From NCBI GenBank assembly GCA_965242695.1, contig CBDESU010000001.1, positions 160,001 to 224,000 on the forward strand: a stretch of DNA of 64,000 nt. The letters are read 5' to 3'. This document shows positions 1 to 9,534 of this stretch, piece after piece. The number at the start of each line of letters is the position of its first letter. The first letter of the stretch is position 1. Source of the DNA: Cenarchaeum sp. GTDB taxonomy: Archaea > Thermoproteota > Nitrososphaeria > Nitrososphaerales > Nitrosopumilaceae. Below the pieces are notes generated by a model, which saw only the letters and a list, made by a program, of their open reading frames with translations, was not told where the DNA came from and searched no databases. A program made the translations under genes and the position numbers.

Positions 1-1
1 G

Positions 2-1432
2 GCCGCGTCGGCGGCGGCTGCTGCGGGAGGGGGCGCCGGCCCCGCGGCGGCCGATGCGGCCGCCGCACGGTGGATGTCTCACCTGTACGACCCGTTCGCC
101 GCCGCGTTTGGCGCATCGTTCCTTGCGATATCGGTGGTGTGGTCGCGCCTGACGGACCGCGCGGGCCGGCCGGGCGTGCACAGCACGCACCACCTCATAC
201 AGGCGTACCTGTCCTCGCGCGCGAGCGACTACGACGAGATCGAGCGGATCATCGAGGACCGCTCCAGGCCGTCGGACGTGGCCACTGCGCAGCTGCGCCT
301 GCGCGCCGATTCGCCGGAGAGGGCGGGATCGCGGCTCCATGGCCCCGCCGGCCCCGACGGGGCATCCGCGTCTGGCGCGGCCGGCGCCGATGCGGCGGCC
401 GGCGCCGATGCGCGCGACGTCCGGCTGGTCCTGCCCGACATACACCCGGGCCCCTACCACCCGATCGGCGGCAGCAACATACCCTACCTGATCTACGAGC
501 GCCTCGGCTCGTCGGCAATGGTCATGCACAGCATATCGGACCACGCGCTCAACCTGCCGTCTCGCGGGCAGGTCGAGGCGTACCTGAGCGGCCTTTCGGA
601 GGGCAGCGCGCCGAGCTGCGGCGGGACGACGTGCACCGAGCCGGTGAGCGTCCAGATAAACCGCGCCCGGGTCGTCGGGCTGCTGTTCGGCAGGAGCCCG
701 CTCCTGCTCCTCTCGCTCTCGCCGCACGGCATGGAGGACCTGCCTAGCTCGATGAAGTCCGACATAGAGCGGCTCGCATCGGGCCGCGGGCTCGGCCGGC
801 CCATGGTCGTCGACTGCCACAACGCGATGGGCGACGAGATATCTGCGCCCGACTACGAGGACATGCTAAAGGCGGCCAAGTCGTGCCTCGATGCCCTGCT
901 CACGAGGGAGGCGCTGCGGCTAGAGTTCGGGTACGCAAACTCGGCGTCGATGCGCGTGTCGGGGCCGGACCTCGGCCTCGGCGGCCTCGGCATGCTGTGC
1001 CTCCGGCTCGGCGGGAGGCGGCACTTTGTCGGGTGGGCCGATGCGAACAACATGGAGAACGGCGTGCGCGAGCACGTGGTGGCCCGGCTCGCCGAGGCCG
1101 GCTACGACCTGCTAGAGGTGTGCACGTCGGACACGCACTACTCGCGGACGACGGTGAGGACGCGGCAGGGGTACTACCAGTTCGGGATCGTCACGGACAG
1201 GGACCGCATAGCGGACTGGTTCCTAGAGCTGGCCCGCCGGTCCGAGGCGGACGTCCGCCCTGCCGCGTTTGAGGTGCTAGAGGCGCGCACGAGCGTGAGG
1301 GTGATGGGGCCGCAGATATTCGAGGACTACAAGAGGGCGCTCGACAGGTCGCTTGCGCTCTCAAAGGCGTTCGCGGCAGGGGGGGCGGCGCTGTTCCTCG
1401 GCGCGCTTGCGGCAGGCGTGCTGCTGGGGTAG
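2..1432 (+). CDS. DUF2070 family archaeal membrane-associated protein, 5' partial (frame open from window start)
   Basis: Motifs IHPGPY, MHSISDH, VVDCHNA, WADANNM and EVCTSDTH plus a C-terminal hydrophobic helix match DUF2070 proteins. No stop in frame upstream of ATG 74. Confidence 0.8.
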   Translation, partial: AASAAAAAGGGAGPAAADAAAARWMSHLYDPFAAAFGASFLAISVVWSRLTDRAGRPGVHSTHHLIQAYLSSRASDYDEIERIIEDRSRPSDVATAQLRLRADSPERAGSRLHGPAGPDGASASGAAGADAAAGADARDVRLVLPDIHPGPYHPIGGSNIPYLIYERLGSSAMVMHSISDHALNLPSRGQVEAYLSGLSEGSAPSCGGTTCTEPVSVQINRARVVGLLFGRSPLLLLSLSPHGMEDLPSSMKSDIERLASGRGLGRPMVVDCHNAMGDEISAPDYEDMLKAAKSCLDALLTREALRLEFGYANSASMRVSGPDLGLGGLGMLCLRLGGRRHFVGWADANNMENGVREHVVARLAEAGYDLLEVCTSDTHYSRTTVRTRQGYYQFGIVTDRDRIADWFLELARRSEADVRPAAFEVLEARTSVRVMGPQIFEDYKRALDRSLALSKAFAAGGAALFLGALAAGVLLG

Positions 1433-1942
1433 GAGGGGAGGGGAGGGGGGCCGCCTGCCGGATGGCGCGGTCCGTACTGGCTGGACGAACCGGCGGCCGT
1501 ACTGGCGAGATGCACACCGGGCGATCGCCGTACTGCACGTCCCGGCTTTCGCATGCCCGGGCGATCGCCACGCTGGGCGTTCTGCCATTGGGCCGGATCG
1601 ATGTGCGGCAGCACTGCCGGCGGTGGCCTCCCCCCTCGCTCCCCGCGCCCGGAGATTACCGTACCGGGCGTCTCGCACACCTTTTCCTGCCAGTGGAGCG
1701 TCCGGCGAGGTGCTGCCCCCCCCGCCCGCCTCTGCGTCCCTACAGCGCTCGCCGACCGCCCGTCACATGGGCGGTGCGCCGTAGCGCTGCTAGGAGGGGG
1801 GGGGGGTGGATACGGCCGCCCGCGCGTGCCCGGTGCCTGCGGCAAGCCCAATGGTTATATTCTACCCAAATTGGGCGCCGGCGTTGAGTTGCAGGGCGCA
1901 GGCTCGGCACGGGCGGCCATACGCGGCCGCCGGTGATGCCGC

Positions 1943-4900
1943 ATGCTGACCACAGCCGGCCGCACGGGGCGCGGCGCGGGGATGATCGTAGCAGTCGCGA
2001 TCGCCGCGGTTGCGATCGCCGGGCTCGCAGCAGCGCCGGATGCGGATGTCGTCCCATGGGCGGCCCATGCGCAGTCGACCCCCACTACGGTGCAGGTTGG
2101 GGCCCTGCTATCCACGAACAACTCTGACTTTGCCGACAACGAGCGGAGGATCGTACTAGTGAAGGCGGTGGAAGACTTCAACGACGCCTATGACGACATT
2201 GACCTAGACCTGAATGTGACCGAGTTCGTGCGCAACGCCACCGATGTGACGACGGCAGAGCCCAGTGCGCTGAGAATGGCGTACGACGGCGGCACCGGCC
2301 CGCGGTTCTACATCGGCCCGACCACAAGCCAGGGGATTACCAACATAAACAACACCGACGACACCCGCGCACTGCTCGAGAACGACGTGCTCTTGATATC
2401 TCCCTCCTCGGAAGCGCCGCAGCTGGCGGCCGACGACAACATATTCCGGCTCGCGTTCAACGTGGCAAGGCAGGGCGACATGCTAGTCGACGAGATGAAG
2501 GCCTCTGGAATAAAGTCGTACATTATGGTGGCGCGCAACGATGCTTGGGGCCAGCAGATCGCAGCTTCCGTCGTCAAGAAGGCAGGCCAGGAGGACCTGG
2601 CAAAGGTCGGAGAACCGATACTGTTCAATATCGACGCGAGCGCGGCCGACTGGAATATCATAAGGGATAGCATCGCGGGAAATGCGAGCACCGTCCCTGC
2701 CGGAGAGGACAGAATAGGTGTATTCTTCTTTGGGTACGACGACGACTACTCGAACATGACTGCCGCCGCCAACGGATCGACACCGATACGCGACAACACG
2801 GCATGGTTTGTACCGTCGACGGTGGGCGTGAATACCATGTCGCGCATTGTAGACGACGCGATGCGCAGCTTTTCGATCGCCGTCGGGCTTACGGCCCTGA
2901 GCCAGGACGTTGCAGACAGCAAAGCAAAGCGGGACATCAACGAGCTCCTGTTCTCCGACAGGAGCCAGAACGCCACGTTCTACGAGTACTCTTCGTACGA
3001 CTCTGTGTTCGTGCTGGGCAACGCTATGAGGATGGCCATGGCGGCCGGCGAGGATGCCAACAACGTGGCGATGGTCAAAAAGTACATTGCGGCCGCGGCT
3101 ATGAACTATACGGGCGCGGCCCTCGGCGACGCCCTGCTGCTCGACGGCAACGGCGATCTTCGCGCACCCGACACGTTTACCGTGCACAAGCTCGACGTAG
3201 ATGGCGAGTGGTCCGACGGCAGCCCCGTGGGCAGCACGGTCACCCGCGTCGGCGCACTGCTCGCCATCGACAACGACGACTATACGGACAACAACGCCCG
3301 AGATGTACTGCTCGAGGCCGCCGCCGACTACAACGCCGCGGCCGGCACTGGATCTCTCGTAAAGCTGATCACGTACGACATTACCGACCCGACAAACTCG
3401 AGCAAGTACGTCGCAAACGACACGCTGACGAGATCCCATGCCGGCGGCGCCGGCCCGTCCGCGTACATTGGGCCGTCCCTGAGCTCGAACGTCGAGCTTG
3501 TTCTGCCATATGCCACCGAAAACAACATTCTGTTGCTCGGCTACGCGTCAGAATCCGAGTCGCTGTCGATGCCGGGCGACAACCTGTTCCGCATGGCCGT
3601 CAGCACCGACCGCCACGGCAAGTTCATGGCCGAGGTCATGAGGGACGCCGGCGTAGAGTCTGTCGTCACCGTAGTGCGAGGCGATTCTTGGGGGATGTCG
3701 CTCAACAAGTCGATCGCCGATGCACTCGCCCCGAACGGCCTGAGCCTGGCCGGCTCGGTAATGTTCGCCGAGGGCAACTCTGACTGGGACTCGACGCTGG
3801 CCGCCCTCTCGACTGCCATCGCCGGCGCCGACGGCAGGGCAGGCGTGGCCTTTGTGGGAACAGAGGGTGAGCAGAACTCGCTTGCGCCCGCCGCACTGGC
3901 CGATTCGGACGCCAGCGGCGTTCAGTGGTTTGTGACTCCGACCGGGTTCTACTCCAACCTGACGGCCGCCGGCGACTTTGCAAAGGCCGTCAACCTGACT
4001 GCGATCGTAATCGACGTAGAGGATAACGCAAAGAAGTCGGCGCTTGACGACAGGGTGGCAGGCGAGCTGAACTTTTACGACTATGCAGCCTACGACAGCC
4101 TGTTCATCTTGGGCAACACCATAGCAGCCGTCGTAGAGTCGGGCAAGACGACGGGCATCATGGCCGACGACCTGCGGCCGCTCGTCCCTGCGCAGGCCGA
4201 CGCGTACGACGGCGTACTCGGCGACATCGCACTCAACTCCAACGGTGACCTCGGCTCGCCCGACCGGTTTGCCGTCTACCAGATCGACCGCACGTCCGGC
4301 GAGTGGACAAAGACGAATGCCACAAAGTCGACTCCGGTCGTCCGCATAGGGGCCCTCTTGGCCATCGACCACGAGGTCTATCCGGACAACTTGGCCCGCG
4401 ACGCGCTGCGCCAGGCCGCCGCGGACTTCAACGCCATGGGAGACGGCGACCGCCCGTTCTACGTGAGCCTGACCACATACGACATTACGGACCCGACAAA
4501 CTCGAGCCAGTACGTAGAGCGCGATGCGCTGATGCGCGCCTACGACGACGGGAACGGCCCGTCGGCGTACATTGGCCCGTCCCTGAGCTCGAACGTAAAG
4601 GATGTCATAGACTACGCCGCCGAGAAAAACATCCTCCTGCTCGGCTACGCGTCAGAGTCCGAGGAGCTGTCGATACCCGGTGACAACCTGTTCCGCATGG
4701 CCGTCAGCGCCGACCGGCACGGCAAGTTCATGGCCGAGATCATGAAGGACGCCGGCGTGCAGTCTGTCGTCACCGTAGTGCGAGGCGATTCTTGGGGGAT
4801 GTCGCTCAACAAGTCGATCGCCGATGCGCTCGCCCCGAACGGCCTGAGCCTGGCCGGCTCGGTAATGTTCGCCGAGGGCAACTCTGACTGGGACTCGACG

Positions 4901-7900
4901 CTGGCCGATGTCTCGGCGGCCATCGCAGGGGACAATGGCATGACGGGCGTGGCCTTTGTCGGCGTGAGGTCGGAGCAGGACGGCCTTGCGGCCGCCGCAT
5001 CGGGCAACGCGGCGATCCGCGCGGTTCCGTGGTTTGTAACACCAAGCGGGTACTACACGGACATGTCTGCGAGCACGCGCGACTTTGCAAGGGCCGTCAA
5101 CCTCACTGCGATCGTAAACGACGTAGCAGACAACGCAAAGAAGTCTGCGCTCGACGAGGTGGTGTCCGGCTCTCCGACATTCTACGAGTACGCCGCCTAT
5201 GACAGCCTGTTCATCTTGGGCAACACCATGGCGGCCGTAGTCGAGTCCGGCAAGACGACGGGCATCATGGCCGACGACCTGCGGCCGCTCGTCCCTGCGC
5301 AGGCCGACGCGTACGACGGCGTACTCGGCGACATCGCGCTCAACTCCAACGGTGACCTCGGCTCGCCCGACCGGTTTGCCGTCTGGAAGGTGGACAGCAC
5401 ATCCGGCATGTGGATGGACACGGGAGTCTCAAAGTCGACGCCGGTCGTCCGCATAGGGGCACTCTTGGCCATTGACAACACAGACTACGCAGACAACAAC
5501 GCCCGGGATGCGCTGCGCCAGGCATCGGCCGACTTCAACGCCGCAGGCGGCGACCGCCCGTTCTACGTGAGCCTGACGACGTACGACATTACCGATCCTA
5601 CAAACTCTGGCAAGTATGTAGCACGCGACGCGCTGATGCGCGCCCACAACAACGGCGCCGGCCCGTCCATCTACATTGGTCCGTCGCTGAGCTCGAACAT
5701 AGAGGCGGTGATGCCATACGTCGCCGGCAACGACCTGCTCCTGCTCGGCTACGCATCAGAGTCCGAGTCGCTGTCCATACCGGGCGACAACCTGTTCCGC
5801 ACCGCGATCAGCACGGCACGGCACGGCCACTTTATGGCAGAAGTAATGGCCGACGCTGGCGTAAAGTCGGTAGTCACGGTCGCGCGCAACGACTCTTGGG
5901 GTAGGTCCCTCGACGCATCGATCACCGAAGCGCTCGCCCCGAACGGCCTGCGGATGGCCGGCGCCGTAAAGTTTGCACCCGCCACGTCAAACTGGACCTC
6001 TACTATCGACGAAATCACGTCTGCGATCGCCGCAGGCGGCGGCAATGCGGGCGTGGCCTTTGTCGGCGTGAGGTCGGAGCAGGACGGCCTTGCGGCCGCC
6101 GCATCTGGCAGTATGGCGGCCACAGGGGTGCCGTGGTTTGTAACCCCAAGCGGATACTACACGGACATGTCTGCGAGCACGCGCGACTTTGCAAGGGCCG
6201 TCGACATGACCGCCATCGTGCTCGATGTGGAGGACAACGCCATGAAGTCGGCGCTAGACGACAAGGTGGCAGGCGACCTGAACTTTTACGACTATGCCGC
6301 GTACGACAGCCTGTTCATCCTTGGCAACTCTGTGGCGGCTGCCTCAAGCGACACCGGCAGGGCCGTCTCGGCCCTCAACGCGACCGACCTGCGGCCCGTG
6401 ATACCGGCACAGGCCGACATGTACGAGGGCGTACTCGGCGACATTGCGCTCAACTCAAAGGGCGACCTGCGCTCGCCCGACAGGTTTGCCGTCTGGCAGG
6501 TGGACGGCACGTCGGGCATGTGGACGAACACCGGGGTCACAAAGTCGACGCCGGTCGTCGACGTCGGCGCCATCGTAATACTGGAAAGCGACAGGTTTGA
6601 CGACTCGCCGCGCCTTGCGGCAGCACGCATCGCAGTCGACGAGTACAACACGGCGGCCGAGGACGGCGGCGCGCTGTACCTGAACCTCCGCGTAGTCAAG
6701 ACGAGCCTCTCGCCGGGCTCGGCCACGACTACGTCGCCGGTCGCCCACGAGGCCGTCATGGCCGCGAGCAGCGGCGAGGACGGCATAAAGTACTACGTCG
6801 GCCCGTCAACGAGCGGCAACTCGAAGCGCGTCTTGGAATACGCCAACGACAACGGACTGACGCTGATCAGCCCGTCCTCGACGGCCCCGTCGCTTGCCAT
6901 CGAGGACGATGCCCTGTTCCGCCTCGTCCCGAACGACTCGCAGCAGGGCAAGGTGCTCGCCGATATTGTCCACAACCAGCAGGGCGCGCTCCTTGCGGCC
7001 CTCATCAACCAGACCGGCCACGAGCACGTCGTCATGGTGGTGCGTAACGACACGTGGGGGCAGGGACTGGACGCCTCTACCTCTGGGCGCTTGGGAGTGC
7101 ACGACGTCGACATTACGAGGATCGTGCACGAAGAGTCCGATGCAGACTGGTCGCAGACTGCCATGGATATCAGCGCCGAGATCGGTAGGGTGCGCACGGC
7201 GACCCCGAACGACCCGATCGCCGTACTGCACATCGGCTTCCCCGGCGACTTTGTCTCGCTGGCCGCGCAGGCATCGGACTATCCCAACATGACAACCGTG
7301 CCTTGGTTCGGCACGGACGGGGTGGCCGGCACGGCCCCGCTGGTCACCAACGCGACGGCCCGCCAGTTCGCCGACGACGTGAACCTGACGGCGACAAAGT
7401 TCGACGTCGTATCCAACGACAGGTTCAACCAGCTGACCGCCAAGCTCGAGTCGCAGGGCGTCGCGGTCAGGACGACATACGAGTACTCTGCATACGACAG
7501 CGTCTTCGTCTTGGGACGGGCAATCGAGGCGGCGATATCTGCAAAGAACGCCACTGCGTACACGGGGGCCGACGTCCGCTCGTCTGTCCGCGCCGCCGCG
7601 GCCGACTACGAGGGCGCCCTGGGCGACATCGAGCTCAACAAGGCCGGCGACCTGCGCACCCCGAACAGCTATGCCGCATGGGCGGTCGAGAACGGCTCGT
7701 GGAAAAAGGTAGCGACGCACCCATCGACGCCCGTCTTCGACATCGGGGCGTTGCTCATGCTCGACAACAACCCCATCTACACCGACGACCTCGAAAAGGA
7801 TGCCATGGACGTGGCTGTCGACGAGTTCAACACCGAGCACGAACTCGTAGGCGACTTTTACATCAGCTTGGCGGTGCAGCGGATCAGCATCGCGCCGAAC

Positions 7901-9229
7901 ACTGGGTCGCCCGACCCCGATGCACTGGCCGGCCTCATGAACGCGTACGCCAACGGCGACGGCCCGTCGCTGTACGTGGGCCCCTCGACGAGCGGCAACT
8001 CGGAGCGCGTCCTAGACTACGCCAACGCCAACGACATCGTGCTGATCAGCCACTCTTCGACCGCGCCGAAGCTTGCCATACCGGGCGACAACCTGTTCCG
8101 CATGGTCGCGCCCGACAACCGCCAGGGAGGGATACTGGCCGACCTGATCTCGGTGGAGCGCGGCGTGACCGACCTTGTAATGGCGGTACGCGGCGACACC
8201 TGGGGCCGCGGAGTGGACGAGACGACGACGGCGGGGCTGGTCGACGGAACCGCGGTCACGCGCGTAATGTTCGCCGAGTCCGAGGGTGACTGGCCCAGCG
8301 TGGCGGCCAACCTTGGCGCAGCGATCGACGGCGCTAGCGCATCGGCCGCCGCAAAGCAGCAGGGCAAGGCGGCGGTCCTGTTCATCGGGTTCGACGGCGA
8401 CTTCAACTCTGTCGCATCGCAGGGGTCGTCGGTGCCGTCCCTCTCGTCGGTCGAATGGTTCGGGCCCGACGGCGTCGGGAACAGCCAGGCCGTCATTGCA
8501 AACGCAACGTCGCTTGCGTTTGCGACGCAGGTCAACATGACGACCGTCATATTCTCCGTCATCGACAACCCTGTCAAGTCGCTCCTTGATCCGACGGCCG
8601 TGTACGGCCCGTCGGCGTACGACTCGGTGTACATCATGGGCAACGCGATCAAGGCGGCATACGCCGGGTCAGGCTCGGTACCGCCGGCCCTGGACGTGAA
8701 GGCGCTGATTCCGGCGGTGGCGACCAACTATACGGGGGCCCTCGGGAACGTCGCGCTAGACGCCAACGGCGACCTGCTCTCCCCGAACACGTACGGCATC
8801 TACATGATAAACGCAGCCACCAACATGTGGACCCTTGACCGGATCCACCCGATGCTGTGCGGCATATCGCTCGCCTCGTCGACGATCGAGTTCGGCGACG
8901 TGAACATCGGCCAGGCCTCGGCGCCCGCAGAGCAGACGGTAAGAAACGCCGGCCGCGTGGCGCTCTCTATGGTGTCGATCACGGCGACACCGTGGATGGG
9001 CGGGTCGGGCGCTGCCGTGCTAGATGCGGGCGCGACCGAGCTGGCGCTGGCCACTGCGCCTTCCACATGGATGCCGCTGTCCGTCGACGCGCCGACCGAC
9101 ATACCGATGCCGCGCTTGGCCGAGCCGACGACGATAATGTTCCGCCTCAACGCGGCCGGCGCGTCAAGTAGCGATGCGGGATCGGCCGAGCAGACCGTCA
9201 CGTACACTGTGACCTGCGAAGGCTCCTAG
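1943..9229 (+). CDS. Giant secreted protein (2428 aa): six tandem type-I periplasmic-binding (LivJ/ANF-receptor-like) domains plus a C-terminal Ig-like domain
   Basis: N-terminal signal/TM segment; six ~370-aa units starting (V/I)GA(L/I) with GPxxS, N(L/I)FR and YDS(L/V)F(I/V)LG...GD(I/V)xLxxxGDL motifs; C-terminal beta-rich domain bracketed by two Cys. Start codon uncertain (1943 or 1982). Confidence 0.85.
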   Translation: MLTTAGRTGRGAGMIVAVAIAAVAIAGLAAAPDADVVPWAAHAQSTPTTVQVGALLSTNNSDFADNERRIVLVKAVEDFNDAYDDIDLDLNVTEFVRNATDVTTAEPSALRMAYDGGTGPRFYIGPTTSQGITNINNTDDTRALLENDVLLISPSSEAPQLAADDNIFRLAFNVARQGDMLVDEMKASGIKSYIMVARNDAWGQQIAASVVKKAGQEDLAKVGEPILFNIDASAADWNIIRDSIAGNASTVPAGEDRIGVFFFGYDDDYSNMTAAANGSTPIRDNTAWFVPSTVGVNTMSRIVDDAMRSFSIAVGLTALSQDVADSKAKRDINELLFSDRSQNATFYEYSSYDSVFVLGNAMRMAMAAGEDANNVAMVKKYIAAAAMNYTGAALGDALLLDGNGDLRAPDTFTVHKLDVDGEWSDGSPVGSTVTRVGALLAIDNDDYTDNNARDVLLEAAADYNAAAGTGSLVKLITYDITDPTNSSKYVANDTLTRSHAGGAGPSAYIGPSLSSNVELVLPYATENNILLLGYASESESLSMPGDNLFRMAVSTDRHGKFMAEVMRDAGVESVVTVVRGDSWGMSLNKSIADALAPNGLSLAGSVMFAEGNSDWDSTLAALSTAIAGADGRAGVAFVGTEGEQNSLAPAALADSDASGVQWFVTPTGFYSNLTAAGDFAKAVNLTAIVIDVEDNAKKSALDDRVAGELNFYDYAAYDSLFILGNTIAAVVESGKTTGIMADDLRPLVPAQADAYDGVLGDIALNSNGDLGSPDRFAVYQIDRTSGEWTKTNATKSTPVVRIGALLAIDHEVYPDNLARDALRQAAADFNAMGDGDRPFYVSLTTYDITDPTNSSQYVERDALMRAYDDGNGPSAYIGPSLSSNVKDVIDYAAEKNILLLGYASESEELSIPGDNLFRMAVSADRHGKFMAEIMKDAGVQSVVTVVRGDSWGMSLNKSIADALAPNGLSLAGSVMFAEGNSDWDSTLADVSAAIAGDNGMTGVAFVGVRSEQDGLAAAASGNAAIRAVPWFVTPSGYYTDMSASTRDFARAVNLTAIVNDVADNAKKSALDEVVSGSPTFYEYAAYDSLFILGNTMAAVVESGKTTGIMADDLRPLVPAQADAYDGVLGDIALNSNGDLGSPDRFAVWKVDSTSGMWMDTGVSKSTPVVRIGALLAIDNTDYADNNARDALRQASADFNAAGGDRPFYVSLTTYDITDPTNSGKYVARDALMRAHNNGAGPSIYIGPSLSSNIEAVMPYVAGNDLLLLGYASESESLSIPGDNLFRTAISTARHGHFMAEVMADAGVKSVVTVARNDSWGRSLDASITEALAPNGLRMAGAVKFAPATSNWTSTIDEITSAIAAGGGNAGVAFVGVRSEQDGLAAAASGSMAATGVPWFVTPSGYYTDMSASTRDFARAVDMTAIVLDVEDNAMKSALDDKVAGDLNFYDYAAYDSLFILGNSVAAASSDTGRAVSALNATDLRPVIPAQADMYEGVLGDIALNSKGDLRSPDRFAVWQVDGTSGMWTNTGVTKSTPVVDVGAIVILESDRFDDSPRLAAARIAVDEYNTAAEDGGALYLNLRVVKTSLSPGSATTTSPVAHEAVMAASSGEDGIKYYVGPSTSGNSKRVLEYANDNGLTLISPSSTAPSLAIEDDALFRLVPNDSQQGKVLADIVHNQQGALLAALINQTGHEHVVMVVRNDTWGQGLDASTSGRLGVHDVDITRIVHEESDADWSQTAMDISAEIGRVRTATPNDPIAVLHIGFPGDFVSLAAQASDYPNMTTVPWFGTDGVAGTAPLVTNATARQFADDVNLTATKFDVVSNDRFNQLTAKLESQGVAVRTTYEYSAYDSVFVLGRAIEAAISAKNATAYTGADVRSSVRAAAADYEGALGDIELNKAGDLRTPNSYAAWAVENGSWKKVATHPSTPVFDIGALLMLDNNPIYTDDLEKDAMDVAVDEFNTEHELVGDFYISLAVQRISIAPNTGSPDPDALAGLMNAYANGDGPSLYVGPSTSGNSERVLDYANANDIVLISHSSTAPKLAIPGDNLFRMVAPDNRQGGILADLISVERGVTDLVMAVRGDTWGRGVDETTTAGLVDGTAVTRVMFAESEGDWPSVAANLGAAIDGASASAAAKQQGKAAVLFIGFDGDFNSVASQGSSVPSLSSVEWFGPDGVGNSQAVIANATSLAFATQVNMTTVIFSVIDNPVKSLLDPTAVYGPSAYDSVYIMGNAIKAAYAGSGSVPPALDVKALIPAVATNYTGALGNVALDANGDLLSPNTYGIYMINAATNMWTLDRIHPMLCGISLASSTIEFGDVNIGQASAPAEQTVRNAGRVALSMVSITATPWMGGSGAAVLDAGATELALATAPSTWMPLSVDAPTDIPMPRLAEPTTIMFRLNAAGASSSDAGSAEQTVTYTVTCEGS

Positions 9230-9534
9230 CGCGCTAGGCGCCCCGCTATGTTGCCCCTCCATCACTAGCTGTCGGCGCACCGGGCGGCTCTGGCCAGCAG
9301 TGACGCGCATGGATACATGGCACCGTGGCTGTCCTAGGACGCATCCCGCGTTGCCAATCGCCCGCGTCCCTGCCCCCGTCGCCCCCTGTGGGGTGGTCGA
9401 CGGGGCTGATCTGGCCGCTACTGCGGACTTGACCTCTGGCGGATGCCGAGGCCTGCCATGCTTCGCCGCTGCGGGACGGAGCGATGCCGTGCCACGGGAT
9501 ACAGGCGTGACTCGCAAGCGCCCGCATGCGCCCG

